From positions 22,940,001 to 23,004,000 of the forward strand of contig OX597834.1 of the NCBI GenBank assembly GCA_951406725.2: DNA of 64,000 nt, in the 5' to 3' direction. The translations under genes and the position numbers were made by a program. This DNA comes from Octopus vulgaris. Its lineage: Eukaryota. The notes beneath the pieces were generated by a model. The model was given only the letters and a program-made list of their open reading frames with translations. It did not search any database and had not been told where the DNA came from. Below are positions 26,108-38,745 of this stretch, piece after piece. Position 1 is the first letter of the stretch; every line of letters starts with the position of its first letter.

Positions 26108-28876
26108 ATGGAAAATGAATTCCATGAGACACCAATTGTAGTTAAAAATGAATTATGTGAGACACCGATTATAATAAAAAATGAAGTATGTGAGACACCA
26201 ATTAAAATTAAAACAGAGTCCGAAAGAATTGATTTTCCAGATGATCCTCTGCAAAAGACAAGAGAAACATCTTGCCATAATGATATCTTTGGCATATCAA
26301 TCTCTCAAACAAATCCTATAACTGCTCACAGTACTATCCATACAGGAGACAAGCCATATCATTGTCATATCTGTGGTAAGTTATTCTCTAACAAAAGTGC
26401 CCTAACTGTTCACAAACGCACACATACAGGAGAGAAGCCATATCATTGTGATATCTGTGGCAAGTCATTCTCTAACAAAACTCCCTTGACCGTACATAAA
26501 CGCACTCATACTGGAGAGAAGCCATATCACTGTGAAGTCTGTGGTAAATCGTTTTCCACAAAAGGACACTTAACTTCACATAAAATCATTCATACAGGAG
26601 AAAAACCATATCATTGTGATGTTTGTAGTAAATCTTTCTGTACAACAAGTCACTTAACTGCACATAAACTCATTCACACAGGAGAGAAGCCATATGACTG
26701 TGATATCTGTGGCAAATCATTCTCTGCAACAGCTGATATAACAAGACACAAAATTATTCACACAGGAGAGAAGCCATATCACTGTGAAGTCTGTGGGAAA
26801 TCCTTCTCTCAAAAAATTCACTTGACATTTCATGAGAGCATTCACACAGGGGTAAGACCATATTCTTGTAATTTCTGTGGTAAATCATTCTCTCGAAATC
26901 AAGATTTAACTAAACACAAACGCATTCATACTGGAGAAAAACCATTTCACTGCGATATCTGTGGTAAATCCTACTCTACAAGTAGTGATTTGAATAAACA
27001 CAAGCGTGTTCATACTGGGGAGAAGCCATATCACTGTGATATATGTGGTAAATCATTCTCTGGAAGTAGCAATTTAAATACTCACAAACGTATACATACA
27101 GGTGAGAAACCTCATCGCTGTGATATCTGTGGTAAATCATTCTCTGGAACAGGATCTTTAAATGTACATACACGTATTCATACGGGGGAAAGGCCCTATC
27201 GCTGTGATATCTGTGGTAAATCATTTTCTGGAACAGGAACTCTAACTATTCACAAACGTATTCATACAGGTGAGAAGCCATATTCATGTACTATTTGCAA
27301 TAAATCATTCACTGATAGAAATGCCATAACTCAACACACAAGGATTCATACTGGAGAAAAACCATTTCATTGTGAAAGCTGTGGTAAATTTTTCACTACT
27401 AGTAGTAGCTTAAATAAACACAAACGCATTCATACAGGAGATAATTTATATCACTGTTATATCTGTGGTAAATCATTCTCACATAGAAATGCCTTGACTA
27501 TACACAAACGGAGTCATAAAGCTGAGAAGCCATATCATTGTGACATCTGTGGTAAATTATTTTTACAAAGTCGTAACTTAACTATCCACATACGTACGCA
27601 TACAGGAGAAAAGCCATATCACTGTGATATTTGTGGTAAATCATTCACTGCAAGAAGTAATTTAACTACTCACAAACGAATTCATACAGGCAAGAAGCCA
27701 CATTGCTGTGATGTGTGTGGTAAGTCATTCTCCCGTAGAGATGTCTTAACTACACACCAACGAATTCATACAGGAGAGAAGCCATATCATTGTGATATCT
27801 GTAGTAAATCATTCTCTCGGAAAAATGTCTTAACTAATCACAAACGAATTCATACAGTGGGCAGGCAATATCACTGCAATATCTGTGGTGAGTCATTCTC
27901 TGGAAATAATGACTTTACTACTCACAAACTTATTCATACAGCCAAGAAGCCACATTCATGCACTATTTGTGATAAATCATTCACTAATAGAAGTCTCTTA
28001 ACTAATCACAAACGAAGTCATAATGGAGAGAAGCCATATTGTGATATCTGTGGTAAATCATTTTCTACAAGTGGTAGCTTACATATACACAAGCGCACTC
28101 ATACAGGAGAGAAGCCATATCACTGTGATGTGTGTGGTAAATCTTTCTCTTTTAGTGGTAATTTAACAAAACACAAATTTATTCATACAGGAGACAAGCC
28201 ATATCCATGTGATGTGTGTGATAAATCATTCTGTCATAGAGCTGCCTTAGTTATACATAAATGCGTTCATACAGGTGAGAAGCCCTATCACTGTGATATT
28301 TGTGGTAAATCATTCTCCCGAACTGGTGATTTAACTAAGCACAAACGCATTCATACTGGGGAGAAACCACATCATTGTGATATCTGTGGTAAATCCTTCT
28401 CTCATAGTAATGCTTTAATTATACACAGACGCACACATACTGGAGAGAAACCATATGCTTGTGATATTTGTGGTAAATCATTCATTTCAAATTGTAAATT
28501 AACTATACATGTACGCATTCATACAGGAGAGAAACCATATCACTGTGATATCTGTGGTAGATCATTTTGTAAAAGTAGTGACTTAACTACTCACAAATTT
28601 ATTCACACAGGAGACACACCATATCACTGTGATATCTGTGGTAAATCATTTGCTAGAAGAGGTCACTTAACTACTCACAAATATGTTCATACTGGAGGGA
28701 AACCATATCTCTGTGACAGCTGTGGCAAATCATTTGCTCTAGCAAGTCTATTAAGTAAACATATGCGTACCCATACAGGCGAAAAGCCATATCACTGTGA
28801 TATCTGTAGTAAATCATTTTCTCGAAGTAGTTACTTGGTAACACACAAATGCATTCCTACTGGAGAGAAATCATAA
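26108..28876 (+). CDS. C2H2 zinc-finger protein ZF4, 922 aa, 30 finger units
   Basis: Intact ORF; the last finger lacks its second His (HKCIP); three N-terminal 11-aa repeats. Confidence 0.95.
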   Translation: MENEFHETPIVVKNELCETPIIIKNEVCETPIKIKTESERIDFPDDPLQKTRETSCHNDIFGISISQTNPITAHSTIHTGDKPYHCHICGKLFSNKSALTVHKRTHTGEKPYHCDICGKSFSNKTPLTVHKRTHTGEKPYHCEVCGKSFSTKGHLTSHKIIHTGEKPYHCDVCSKSFCTTSHLTAHKLIHTGEKPYDCDICGKSFSATADITRHKIIHTGEKPYHCEVCGKSFSQKIHLTFHESIHTGVRPYSCNFCGKSFSRNQDLTKHKRIHTGEKPFHCDICGKSYSTSSDLNKHKRVHTGEKPYHCDICGKSFSGSSNLNTHKRIHTGEKPHRCDICGKSFSGTGSLNVHTRIHTGERPYRCDICGKSFSGTGTLTIHKRIHTGEKPYSCTICNKSFTDRNAITQHTRIHTGEKPFHCESCGKFFTTSSSLNKHKRIHTGDNLYHCYICGKSFSHRNALTIHKRSHKAEKPYHCDICGKLFLQSRNLTIHIRTHTGEKPYHCDICGKSFTARSNLTTHKRIHTGKKPHCCDVCGKSFSRRDVLTTHQRIHTGEKPYHCDICSKSFSRKNVLTNHKRIHTVGRQYHCNICGESFSGNNDFTTHKLIHTAKKPHSCTICDKSFTNRSLLTNHKRSHNGEKPYCDICGKSFSTSGSLHIHKRTHTGEKPYHCDVCGKSFSFSGNLTKHKFIHTGDKPYPCDVCDKSFCHRAALVIHKCVHTGEKPYHCDICGKSFSRTGDLTKHKRIHTGEKPHHCDICGKSFSHSNALIIHRRTHTGEKPYACDICGKSFISNCKLTIHVRIHTGEKPYHCDICGRSFCKSSDLTTHKFIHTGDTPYHCDICGKSFARRGHLTTHKYVHTGGKPYLCDSCGKSFALASLLSKHMRTHTGEKPYHCDICSKSFSRSSYLVTHKCIPTGEKS

Positions 28877-29020
28877 GATTGTGTTCTCTGTGGGGTATCA
28901 TTCTCTCGAATTTGTGACATAATTCATAAATATATTCATATAGGAGACCAGCCTTAACCCTGTGCAATGAATGGCAAATAATTCTCTCATAAGTATCACT
29001 GAATTATTCATATGAAAGAC
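28877..29020 (+). pseudogene. Decayed zinc-finger remnants in the ZF4 3'UTR
   Basis: gattgtgttctctgtggggtatcattctctcga...cataaatatattcatataggagaccagcct continues the finger pattern past the stop. Confidence 0.75.
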
Positions 29021-29158
29021 TAATATTTTGATGTAAAATGTTATAAGATATGTAACTATAAATGTATTGGAAAAAGAAAGAAAGTACAGTAGTGTGATAA
29101 CCACCAATAATTATGTGATACATAACTAGAAATAAGTACATTAATGAGATAAATTGTC

Positions 29159-29164
29159 AATAAA
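29159..29164 (+). terminator. Putative poly(A) signal of ZF4
   Basis: ttgtcAATAAAagcatt, homologous to ZF5 ttgttAATAAAagtatt at 38208. Confidence 0.45.
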
Positions 29165-30249
29165 AGCATTCTTTCAAAATATTTATATTCCATGTGGAAT
29201 ATTTCCAGAATTGCCCCAACCCATTTTCATATTTCAGTTTTGACTTACTTTCAAAATTTCAGATTTATGTTAAACATCTGAAATTATGGATCTTCAAAAA
29301 TAATCACGACCTAATATATTTTCATAAAAAGTAATAATGCCTGCAGAATCAGTACTGGCTGATTTGTCGCCAAGGAAGTGTGGAACTTTTCTCATCAAAT
29401 AGATTCTAGAATCTTCTGAGCCAACAGTTATTTAATAGAAAGACAATGCAAATTAGGGTAGAGGTATCCCCGTGTATGAATATTCTCTCAACTTTATCAC
29501 CTATTTTGGCAAATTTAATCTGACCATAGAGCTGTACCAGGACTTGTACAAGTCGATTGTTTTTCCACTATGGTACTCTCTTAAGTCATCTTTCCTATTC
29601 ATATGTCTTAACTAGAAAAGGAGTGTCAAATAAATGAATATTCATTATATGCAATGATTCATATACCCTCTACCACTTACAAAGTATTAATTTATTGAAT
29701 GTACATACATATAGTGTGGTGGTAAATAAAATATTTGGGAATTCAATCAACTTTTAGTATTATTATTGTCAACATATGCAACCTAACAATCTACCTGGCA
29801 TTAATAACAGCAAGAGAAGATAGGACTAACAACCATACTAAAGTTGCAACTCGGCCATCTTGTTAAATGAGATTTCATATGCTGACATGATACAAAGAAA
29901 AAGAGTTCAGTAGATAAAGGTATCCAACTGTAGAAATCAAGCCAAAATAAACTGTTATAGCCTGGAGGACTATGATGAAAAAAAGGGAAATGAGAACTGA
30001 TCATCTAGCTTCCTCATTGCCCACCAGATAAGGGAGTGGGGGACCCTGTCAAAGCCAAGCACAGAGGTTTATTTTTGGCTAAGTACTTCTCCTGCAGCTG
30101 CCTTACCAAGAACATAGCATCAGTTGGCTAGATGTTGGGATGTGTTCCTTGCATTGTTAAGGGTATGGTTTTGCAAGGATGATCTTCAGTGGTTGTTAGA
30201 TACAATTGGAGTGTTTGTGATATCTCCAGTTGAGTATTTTTCATATTTA

Positions 30250-30880
30250 AGGTAGTTGTGATGATGGCTTCTTAGCACAAGTACTGATTTTATTTCTTGC
30301 CTTTGAAAAAGACATGTTCATAGTGTCAGTGTGGTGCCTAGGTTGAGGATGGATGAGGCATGGTTGGAGAATGTTAGAGAAGGATGAAGGGTTGTGTGAT
30401 CTGTGTGAGAGTGGCAGCCGAATGTGGTGACAAGTTATCGATGTATAGAAGGAAGGTAGTGTTGGGGCCGACAAAACTCAATCTTGAAGTACCTTAGTGT
30501 TGATAGAATGGGAAACTGAAAGAGCTTCATGAACATATATACTGATATGGCAATCTGACAGGAAGCTATTGATTCAAGTGATGAGGGACAGGTGGAGCCG
30601 ATAGGTGAGCAATTTCAATAGACTTGCATGCCAAATACTTTGAAAAACTTTACTGATATGAAGGATGGCAACATTGCTTCCACCAAATTTCTCCAAGGCA
30701 AGAAACTGGTGGTGGGTCACCAATGGATTTAGCTTTACAGAAACTACTTGCAGTCTTAGGGAGAAAGAAATATACAAAGTGTTGTAAGATGTCATTGTTA
30801 ATGGCTGGCCCCATTACCTAAAGGTGAGTGCAAAAGAGCAATTGTTGACAGAGTTAGAAAAATTGCCATTTGGGGGAATG
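30250..30880 (-). mobile_element. CR1/Jockey-like LINE RT fragment
   Basis: ALEKFGGSNVAILHISKVFQSIWHASLLKL resembles the ALDISKAFDxVWH motif; VLSAPTLPSFY resembles the GSVLxPTLF motif. Confidence 0.7.
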
Positions 30881-31169
30881 AAATAGTGTGGTGTGTTTCC
30901 AAAGACCAATTTAGGTCCCTGTAGAGAATTTAAAGAGCAGGTAAGTGGGCTAGTTCTGAGACCCAAATTTCAGGTGAATGGTAGGGACATTGTTTGGACA
31001 CATAGCTTTATTTGCATTAGACACCTGAAAGTACTTTTGTACTTGTTTTGTTTGGATATAATTACTCTACATAACATAACCTGGAACATTTTCATTAACA
31101 GGTCTATATACTTAGTTTTTCTAATATATGATGATTGTACATAAATATTTATTAACTATCCAATAACAC

Positions 31170-31795
31170 TACTGACAAATGTATGGTATACAACTTTATC
31201 TGATGCCTGTGTTCATATGGTTATGCTACATGGCAGTGAAGACCAGAAAGAAATGAAGCTAGCATGCTCCACTGATTGGGTAATGTCAGTGTGCACACAC
31301 AACAAAGTTTAAGTGATTTAAGAGGAAAACTGAGTGTAAGAGAGAAGACTCAGCTGATTTGGTTGCATGTGGATGGGGACAAATAAGGAAGTGCTGAGCT
31401 CTAATTCTGGAGGGAATCTGTGGAAGGCATTGACAAGGAACTTGTGAAAGGATCTTCAGACACTGGACCTCACTGAGGAAATGGCAAGGGACCAGGAATT
31501 GTGGTCATTTACTGTACTTGAGAAGACACGTCAAGCTAAGTAAAATTGCTGTCATCCATACATACAGGCTTGTCCTTTACAATGCTACATAAAATGCAGT
31601 TGTACTGGTGCTGCATAAAAGCACTTGTGCCAGTGGCACATGAAAGTCAGTCAGCACACTCTTAAAATGGTATTAGGAAGGGCATCCAGTTACAAAAACC
31701 ATGCCACAACAGACAATTGGAGTCTGGACAGCTCCTGTCAAACCATCCAACTCATGCCAGCATGGAAAATGGACATTAAATGATGATGATGATTA
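31170..31795 (+). mobile_element. 5'-truncated RTE family A copy with (TGA)n tail
   Basis: Collinear with 32700-33740; ends catgccagcatggaaaatggacattaaatgatgatgat. Confidence 0.8.
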
Positions 31796-32271
31796 CAGCT
31801 AAGTTATGTTCGATTTAAATAGTGGTTGCAATAAATTTCTCTGAAGGATGAGAAAATTGTTCTCCAATGCACAGTCAATGAATTATGAACCATGTTTGAA
31901 AATTTCCTTTGAAGTATATAACATACACACAAACATTTGTACATATATCTATGAACAAATATACAAGCCCACATTTTTACATATATGCACAACCTGTTTG
32001 TCCTTAATTTGGCAAATATATATATGTAGAGAGATATTGATAGGCATGCACTCCACACTTTTTGTAAGTTATATGTTTGTGTTAACTGTTTGACCCAGAT
32101 TTGCTATACTTTTCAAGTTTCACAGAATTGAGAGAAACTGTTGTGAAATAGTTGATACCTACTTCTGAGTAACAAGACATTCACATCCCCTTTGGTTAAT
32201 TTTGGTTGTCATTGAATTGATGGGACTCATTCTAATTGGCTGGTTCAGTTCACAGGGTTAGTTTCTTAACT

Positions 32272-33742
32272 ACCTAGCTAAAACCAAAGTCCTAATAAGT
32301 AGGAAGGGAGGCAAACCACATATCCCTTCAGGTAAATGGCCCTGCTCAATCTGTAGTAGAGACGTAGGTAGAAACTCTATAAGATGTACCCAGTGTAAGC
32401 TATGGACACATAAGAGGTGCAGTAATATCAACGGAAAGCTAACTGGGAAGATAGTTTTTGTATGTGGCAGATGCTCGGGAGCAATAAACACTGAAAATGT
32501 GCAAAGAACAACTTCCACCACATTCTAGAGAGAAAAACTAAAAGTAGTTGATAGCTTCCGTTACCTAGGTGACCAAGTCAGTAGCGGGGGAGGGTGTGCT
32601 GAAAGTGTAGCTGCTAGAATAAGAATAGCTTGGGCAAAGTTCAGAGAGCTCTTACCTCTGCTAGTGACAAGGCCTCTCGCTCAGAGTAAAAGGTAGATTG
32701 TATGACGCCTGTGTACGAACAGCCATGCTACATGGCAGTAAAACATGGGCTGTGACTGCTGAGGACATGCGTAAGCTCACAAGGAATGAGGCCAGTATGA
32801 TCCGATGAATGTGTAATGTCAGTGTGCATACTCAACAAAGTGTAAGTACCTTGAGAGAAAAGTTGGACCTAAGAAGCATCAGATGTGGTGTGCAAGAGAG
32901 ACGACTGTGCTGGTATGGTCATGTGGCGAGAATGGATGAGGATAGCTGTGTGAAAAAGTGCCACACCCTAGTGGTTGAGGGAACCTGTGGAAGAAGTAGA
33001 CCCAGGAAGACCTGGGATGAAGTGGTGAAGCACGACCTTTGAACTTTAGGCCTCACCAAGGAAATGACTAGTGATCGAGACTTTTGGAAATATGCTGTGC
33101 TTGAGAAGATTGGCAAGCCAAACGAGACCATAAGCTCATGACCTATGTCAGGAGCGTAATCAACCCACTTATGCGTACCTTTTCCTCCTTTGGACACAAA
33201 ACTCTGCTTGCGAAGACCTGTTGAGGGAAATGAAATCAAAATCGATGACTGGCATCAATGCTAGCAGGGTGCAAAGAGCACCATACGAGTGTGATCATTG
33301 ACAGAGCGGCTAACCGGCTTCCATTACAGTGGCACATAAAAGACACCATTCAAGTGTGATCGTTACCAGCATCGCCTTACTGGCACTTGTGCCCGTGCTA
33401 GTAAGGTGCCAAAAGCACCATCTGAGCGGCTAACTCGTTTCCGTGCCGGTGGCATGTAAAAGGCACCATTCGAGCATGATCTTTACTAGCGTCGCCTTAT
33501 TGGCACCTGTACCGGTGGCATGTGTAAAAAGATTTGAGCGTGGTCATTGCCAGTACTGCCTGACTGGCCCTGTGCCAGTGGCACGTAAAAAGCACCCACT
33601 ACACTCTCGGAGTGGTTGGTGTTAGGAAGGGTATCCAGCTGTAGAAACTCTGCCAGATCAAGATTGGAGCCTGATGCAGCCATCAGTCAAAATCGTCCAA
33701 CCCATGCTAGCATGGAAAGCGGACGTTAAACGATGATGTTGA
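32272..33742 (+). mobile_element. 5'-truncated RTE family A LINE, best-preserved copy
   Basis: LAKTKV, a C4HC3 insert, VVDSFRYLGD, RRLCWYGHVARM, GRSRPRKTW, a repetitive 3'UTR and a gatgat tail. Confidence 0.9.
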
Positions 33743-34374
33743 TGCAGGGAATGGTGACTATAGAGAGCTTTAGTTGAAGGAATTCTAACTGTTGCAGTAT
33801 GTGTAACTTCTCACTTAGAGGTGGCTTTGTCAGAAATTCATCAGGTTATATTTGACAGGATTATTCATAGATCCAGAAACATCTACCTAACATGTAATAG
33901 AGGAGCAAAATTTTTCCTGTCTCTGCACCTGAAAGAGCATATGCCCTAGCTATCATCATAATCATCACTGTTTTGATATTCACTTTTCTACAAGGATTTG
34001 ATGTTAACCAATTTCTAAGCAAATAATAGTTTTTCTTGGCCACAAATATTTTTATGTAAGACTGGAAACATAATGCTGCTTGTATGATAGTAGCACAGGT
34101 ATTATGCTATGTCAAGACAAGTAGACACAATAACAACACACACACAGAGCTTCTGAAGAAGTTATAAAATATGGTGCAAGCACTCAGCTGTGTGTGTTGC
34201 TCATAGCAGAAACAACTGTGAGTGAATATAAGTGACTATGGTGATTATGTAACTCCTGTTTTTGTTTTATTTTTAAAATCTAGCGTACGCTCTTTTACAG
34301 AAAGGAACGAGAAGAAAGAACAGATGGAAAAAGAGGAAAAAAATATGTAACAACAACAATAATAATAGAGGGGT

Positions 34375-34462
34375 TTCGTCGATTACATTGACTCCAGTGC
34401 TTATTTAGCGACCCCAAAAGGATGAAAGGTAAAATCGATCTCGGCGAAATGCGAATTCAGAG
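34375..34462 (-). mobile_element. tRNA-SINE fragment
   Basis: gtcgattacattgactccag...gaccccaaaaggatgaaagg. Confidence 0.7.
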
Positions 34463-34588
34463 TATGAAAAAGTATTTTTGGAGACAAAATTTTAACTTTT
34501 GTTGTTGGCGACAAAAATGCGAAGAAACTTTTAAAAATATAAATCAAGTATCTCTATTCTAAATGATATAAGCTTTATAACATCGCTA

Positions 34589-34610
34589 CGCGCATGTTCA
34601 ACCGGATATC
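34589..34610 (+). promoter_or_regulatory. ZF5 promoter box (NRF1-like + CCGGAT)
   Basis: cgcgcatgttcaaccggatatc. Confidence 0.7.
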
Positions 34611-34754
34611 GACATCAGGTTTTCATTAACAATGAAAATCGAAGATATTTAATTCCAAACGGCAATATCGCCTATATTTATATATTCATATATTCCTTTA
34701 ATTAACACACATAACCACCATCACTCATTCCGAACAACAACTGTGATTTATGAG

Positions 34755-35598
34755 GTATTTTTTGTTCATCTTTTCTTCATTCAATCGTCTTTTTTCCTTC
34801 TTCCATCAGTATAATGTTTAGTAATTTCTATATTTAATACGTCAATTCCATATTTTTTTGCTCACCTTGTTTATAATTTAGGATATTTTAATACAATTAA
34901 CGTTTATCTTTAGTGCTTTTGTTGCTGTTAACTGTTTTCTGATTTAAGCTTCAAACATAGTAGTTTCTACCCGGGGAGTCGTCAACCTTTGTACATCTTA
35001 CACATCAGATAGAGTATTAAATGAGTTGACAGATGACCACAAATTCGATGGAATAGGAGAGAATTATCTTTTCAGATGCATATTTTGGTTAGCGATGGAT
35101 GTTATTTTACTTTGATAATGAAATAGGTAATGTTTTGAAAGGTCTCTTAACCTGCGGATGAAAAACAACGATAATAAATTTGTCGACGATGACTGGCGAT
35201 GTAATTACAATTCGTAACAATGAAATCCCGATATGTTTGTGATGAATTTACAATCAAATAAGTTATCTTTACATCTACTTAGAAATGACGTGGAGCTAAA
35301 CTATAAATGACTGACGCTGAATGACTTTTCTGGACGGAGAACCAAATTTTATCGTCCCTAATTGTGTTCTGTAATATATTTGTTTGCCAATTTGAATGTG
35401 TAACTGTAGTTTGTAAATTTTTAGGCATAACTTATGCCAGTATATAAACATCACAGAATGTTATGTAATTTGTAATAGCAAATTGATAAGTAAAGTGGAA
35501 TCAAATTACAGTTAACTGATATAGAAATATAAAGTTTCTGCTGAATTTCTACTTTTAAGTATGCCCCTACATCTTACACTGTTTCTCTACTGTTTCAG
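34755..35598 (+). other. Predicted 5'UTR intron of ZF5
   Basis: Donor tgatttatgag|gtattttt and acceptor ctctactgtttcag|. Confidence 0.7.
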
Positions 35599-35930
35599 AA
35601 TATCAAATGGTTTTGGCAGAAAAGAATTTTCTAAAAATTCAGATTCATCATAAATATTTATCGTTTAAAGACTAAAGGAAGATATTATTCCAAATAGAAA
35701 TGCATGATGGAATTTCTGTGAAATACTTGTTGTGAGCTGAAATTATTAGCGAAATTTTCTGTTTCACTGTCTGGATTATATTAAAGAGTGATTAGCATTC
35801 GAATGAAATTTCGACGATTTTACTAAACTAGTTTCTATTATTATATATCAACAAAGATCGAAGCTGAAAGAAATTTCTTGGTAGAAAATAAAAATAAACT
35901 AATTAAAGAACTGGTGAAAGAAGAATAATT

Positions 35931-38042
35931 ATGGAAAATGAATTATGTGAGAAATCAATTATAATTAAAACAGAGTCTGAAAGTATAGCATTTCCGAATG
36001 ACATGCAAGAAGGAATGGGTAAAACACCAAACCACTGTGATATCTGTGGTAAATCGTTCACGCAAAGAAAAGCTTTAACTGTACACAAACGTATTCATAC
36101 GGGGGAGAAACCATATCACTGTGATATCTGTGGTAAATCATTCATTTCAAGTAGTTACTTAACTAAACACAAACGTATCCATACGGGTGAAAAGTCTTAT
36201 CACTGTGATATCTGTGGTAAATCATTCTCTGCAAAAACTCATTTAACTAGGCACAAAATTACTCACACAGGAGAAAAGCCATATTACTGTGAAGTCTGTG
36301 GGAAATCCTTCTCTCAAAGAATTCATTTGACTTTTCACAAAAGCATACATACAGGGATAAAACCATATTGTTGTGATTTCTGTAGTAAATCATTCTCTCG
36401 GAAATATGATTTATCTAAACACAAACGAATTCATACTGGAGAAAAACCATTTCATTGTGACATCTGTGGTAAATCCTTCTCTGCAAGTAGTGACTTAAAT
36501 AAACACAAGCGTGTACATACAGGTGAAAAGCCATATCACTGTAACATCTGTGGTAAATCATTTTCTGGAAGTAGTGACTTAACTACCCACATACGCATTC
36601 ATACAGGTGAGAAGCCATACCGATGTGACATCTGTGGTAAATCATTCACTCATAAAAATTCCTTAACAATACACAAACATATACATACAGGTGATAATTC
36701 ATATCAGTGTGATATCTGTGGTAAATCATTCTCTAGAACAGGAACTTTAACTATTCACAAACGTATTCACACGGGTGAGAAGCCATATCACTGTACAATT
36801 TGTCGTAAATCATTCACTTATAGACATGTCTTAATCAAGCATAAACATATTCATACAGGAGAGAAGCCATATGCATGTGATATTTGTGCAAAATCATTCA
36901 GTGACAGAAATGTCTTAGCTATACACAAATGCAGTCATACAGGTGAGAAGCCACATCGCTGTGATGTCTGTGGGAAATCATTTCTCCATAGTCGTAACTT
37001 AACTACCCATATACGTACTCATACAGGAGAGAAGCCGTATTGCTGTGATATCTGTAATAAATCATTTTCTTGTAGAAGCACCTTAACCATACACAAACGC
37101 ATTCATACCAGTGCGAAGACATATCCATGTGAAATCTGTGGTAAATCATTCTCTCGAAGCAGTTACTTAACTAAACATAAGCATATTCATTCAGGAGAAA
37201 AGCTAATTTCACCTGATGTTTGTGACAAATCTTTCTCTCGTACAAATGCTTTAACTATACAAAAACAGATTCTTACAGGAGATAAGCCATATCATTGTGA
37301 TATCTGTAGTAAATCATTTTCTCGAAATAGTCACTTGACCACTCACAAATATATTCATACAGGAGAAAAACCATATCACTGTGATATTTGTGGTAAATCT
37401 TTCTCTCATTCAAGTACTGTAACTGTACACAAACGAATTCATACAGGAGAAAAGCCATATCATTGTGAAATCTGTGGTAAATCATTTTGTAAAAGTAGTG
37501 ACTTAACTACTCATAGATATATTCATACAGGTGAGAAGCCATATCACTGTGACATCTGTGGGAAATCATTCAACAGAAGATGCCATTTAACTACTCACAA
37601 ACGAATTCATACAGGAGAGAAACCTTATCTCTGTGATATCTGTGGTAAATCATTCTCACAAAGTAGTGAGTTAACTACTCACATTCGGACTCATACAGGA
37701 GACAAGCCATATCACTGCGAGATATGTGGTAAATCATTCTCTCAGAGTAATGACTTAACTATACACAAATATGTTCATACAGGAGAAAAGCCATATCATT
37801 GTGATATTTGTGGTAAATCATTCTCTTATAGAAATTCCTTAACTACCCACGTACGAATTCATACAGGAGAGAAGCCATATCACTGTGGTATCTGTGGTAA
37901 ATCATTCTCTCGATCTAGTGACTTGACTTGTCACAAGTATATTCATGCTGACGAAAAGCCATATGAATGTTATACCTGTGGTAAATCATTTTCTCGGAAA
38001 CATCTCTTAGCTACACATGTATGTATTCATGCAGAAGTATAA
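35931..38042 (+). CDS. C2H2 zinc-finger protein ZF5, 703 aa, 24 finger units (1 degenerate)
   Basis: Intact ORF with a single N-terminal repeat unit followed by IKTESE. Confidence 0.95.
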   Translation: MENELCEKSIIIKTESESIAFPNDMQEGMGKTPNHCDICGKSFTQRKALTVHKRIHTGEKPYHCDICGKSFISSSYLTKHKRIHTGEKSYHCDICGKSFSAKTHLTRHKITHTGEKPYYCEVCGKSFSQRIHLTFHKSIHTGIKPYCCDFCSKSFSRKYDLSKHKRIHTGEKPFHCDICGKSFSASSDLNKHKRVHTGEKPYHCNICGKSFSGSSDLTTHIRIHTGEKPYRCDICGKSFTHKNSLTIHKHIHTGDNSYQCDICGKSFSRTGTLTIHKRIHTGEKPYHCTICRKSFTYRHVLIKHKHIHTGEKPYACDICAKSFSDRNVLAIHKCSHTGEKPHRCDVCGKSFLHSRNLTTHIRTHTGEKPYCCDICNKSFSCRSTLTIHKRIHTSAKTYPCEICGKSFSRSSYLTKHKHIHSGEKLISPDVCDKSFSRTNALTIQKQILTGDKPYHCDICSKSFSRNSHLTTHKYIHTGEKPYHCDICGKSFSHSSTVTVHKRIHTGEKPYHCEICGKSFCKSSDLTTHRYIHTGEKPYHCDICGKSFNRRCHLTTHKRIHTGEKPYLCDICGKSFSQSSELTTHIRTHTGDKPYHCEICGKSFSQSNDLTIHKYVHTGEKPYHCDICGKSFSYRNSLTTHVRIHTGEKPYHCGICGKSFSRSSDLTCHKYIHADEKPYECYTCGKSFSRKHLLATHVCIHAEV

Positions 38043-38359
38043 TTTTGCATGAAAATGTACGAACATTTGCTCTGAAAAGATATCTAAACATAAATTTATG
38101 AATGCAGTAATAAAGACACAACTGTGTTAAAATAAGACAATGCTACCTTTTATATAACTCCTGATAATAACTATATTGGTGCCATAACTTACCAGTGTGA
38201 TATTGTTAATAAAAGTATTTATTTGTATATATTCAATGTAATGTATTTCCAGAAAGGAGAAAAGATACTATTGGTTATGTGACATTATGGTTAAATGACT
38301 GAATAATGATTTTATCAGATATCAAGGACTACTTCATTGTACAGTTATCATTGTTGTTA

Positions 38360-38745
38360 TAACATTCATTTTTACATGCTCACATAATTTGGATAAAATT
38401 TGTTGAGGCAGATTTTCTATAGCTGGATATCCTTCCTGTCACTAACACTCTCCTATTTCCATGTCGGGTAATATCTTCCCATGGCCAGAAATGTTTTTGC
38501 ATTTTGGAAACAAAGGACACTGCTGGCACAACTGTCACTCATTTAAAATTATCACATGATGTCAAGGCAAGGAGACTGTAGTACATACACAGTCTCACAC
38601 ATACAAGTATACAATAGACTTCCACAGAATTTTCCTCTACCATATTTACTCATAAGGCTTTGGTTGGCCTAGGGCTATTGTAGATGATAATTGCCTAAGG
38701 TGCTATGCAGTGGTACTGAACCTGAATGTATGTAGTTGCCATACT
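38360..38745 (-). mobile_element. Decayed SINE (second family) with LINE-like tail
   Basis: cataaggctttggttggcctagggcta...gcagtggtactgaacc is the reverse complement of 15605-15712. Confidence 0.6.
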
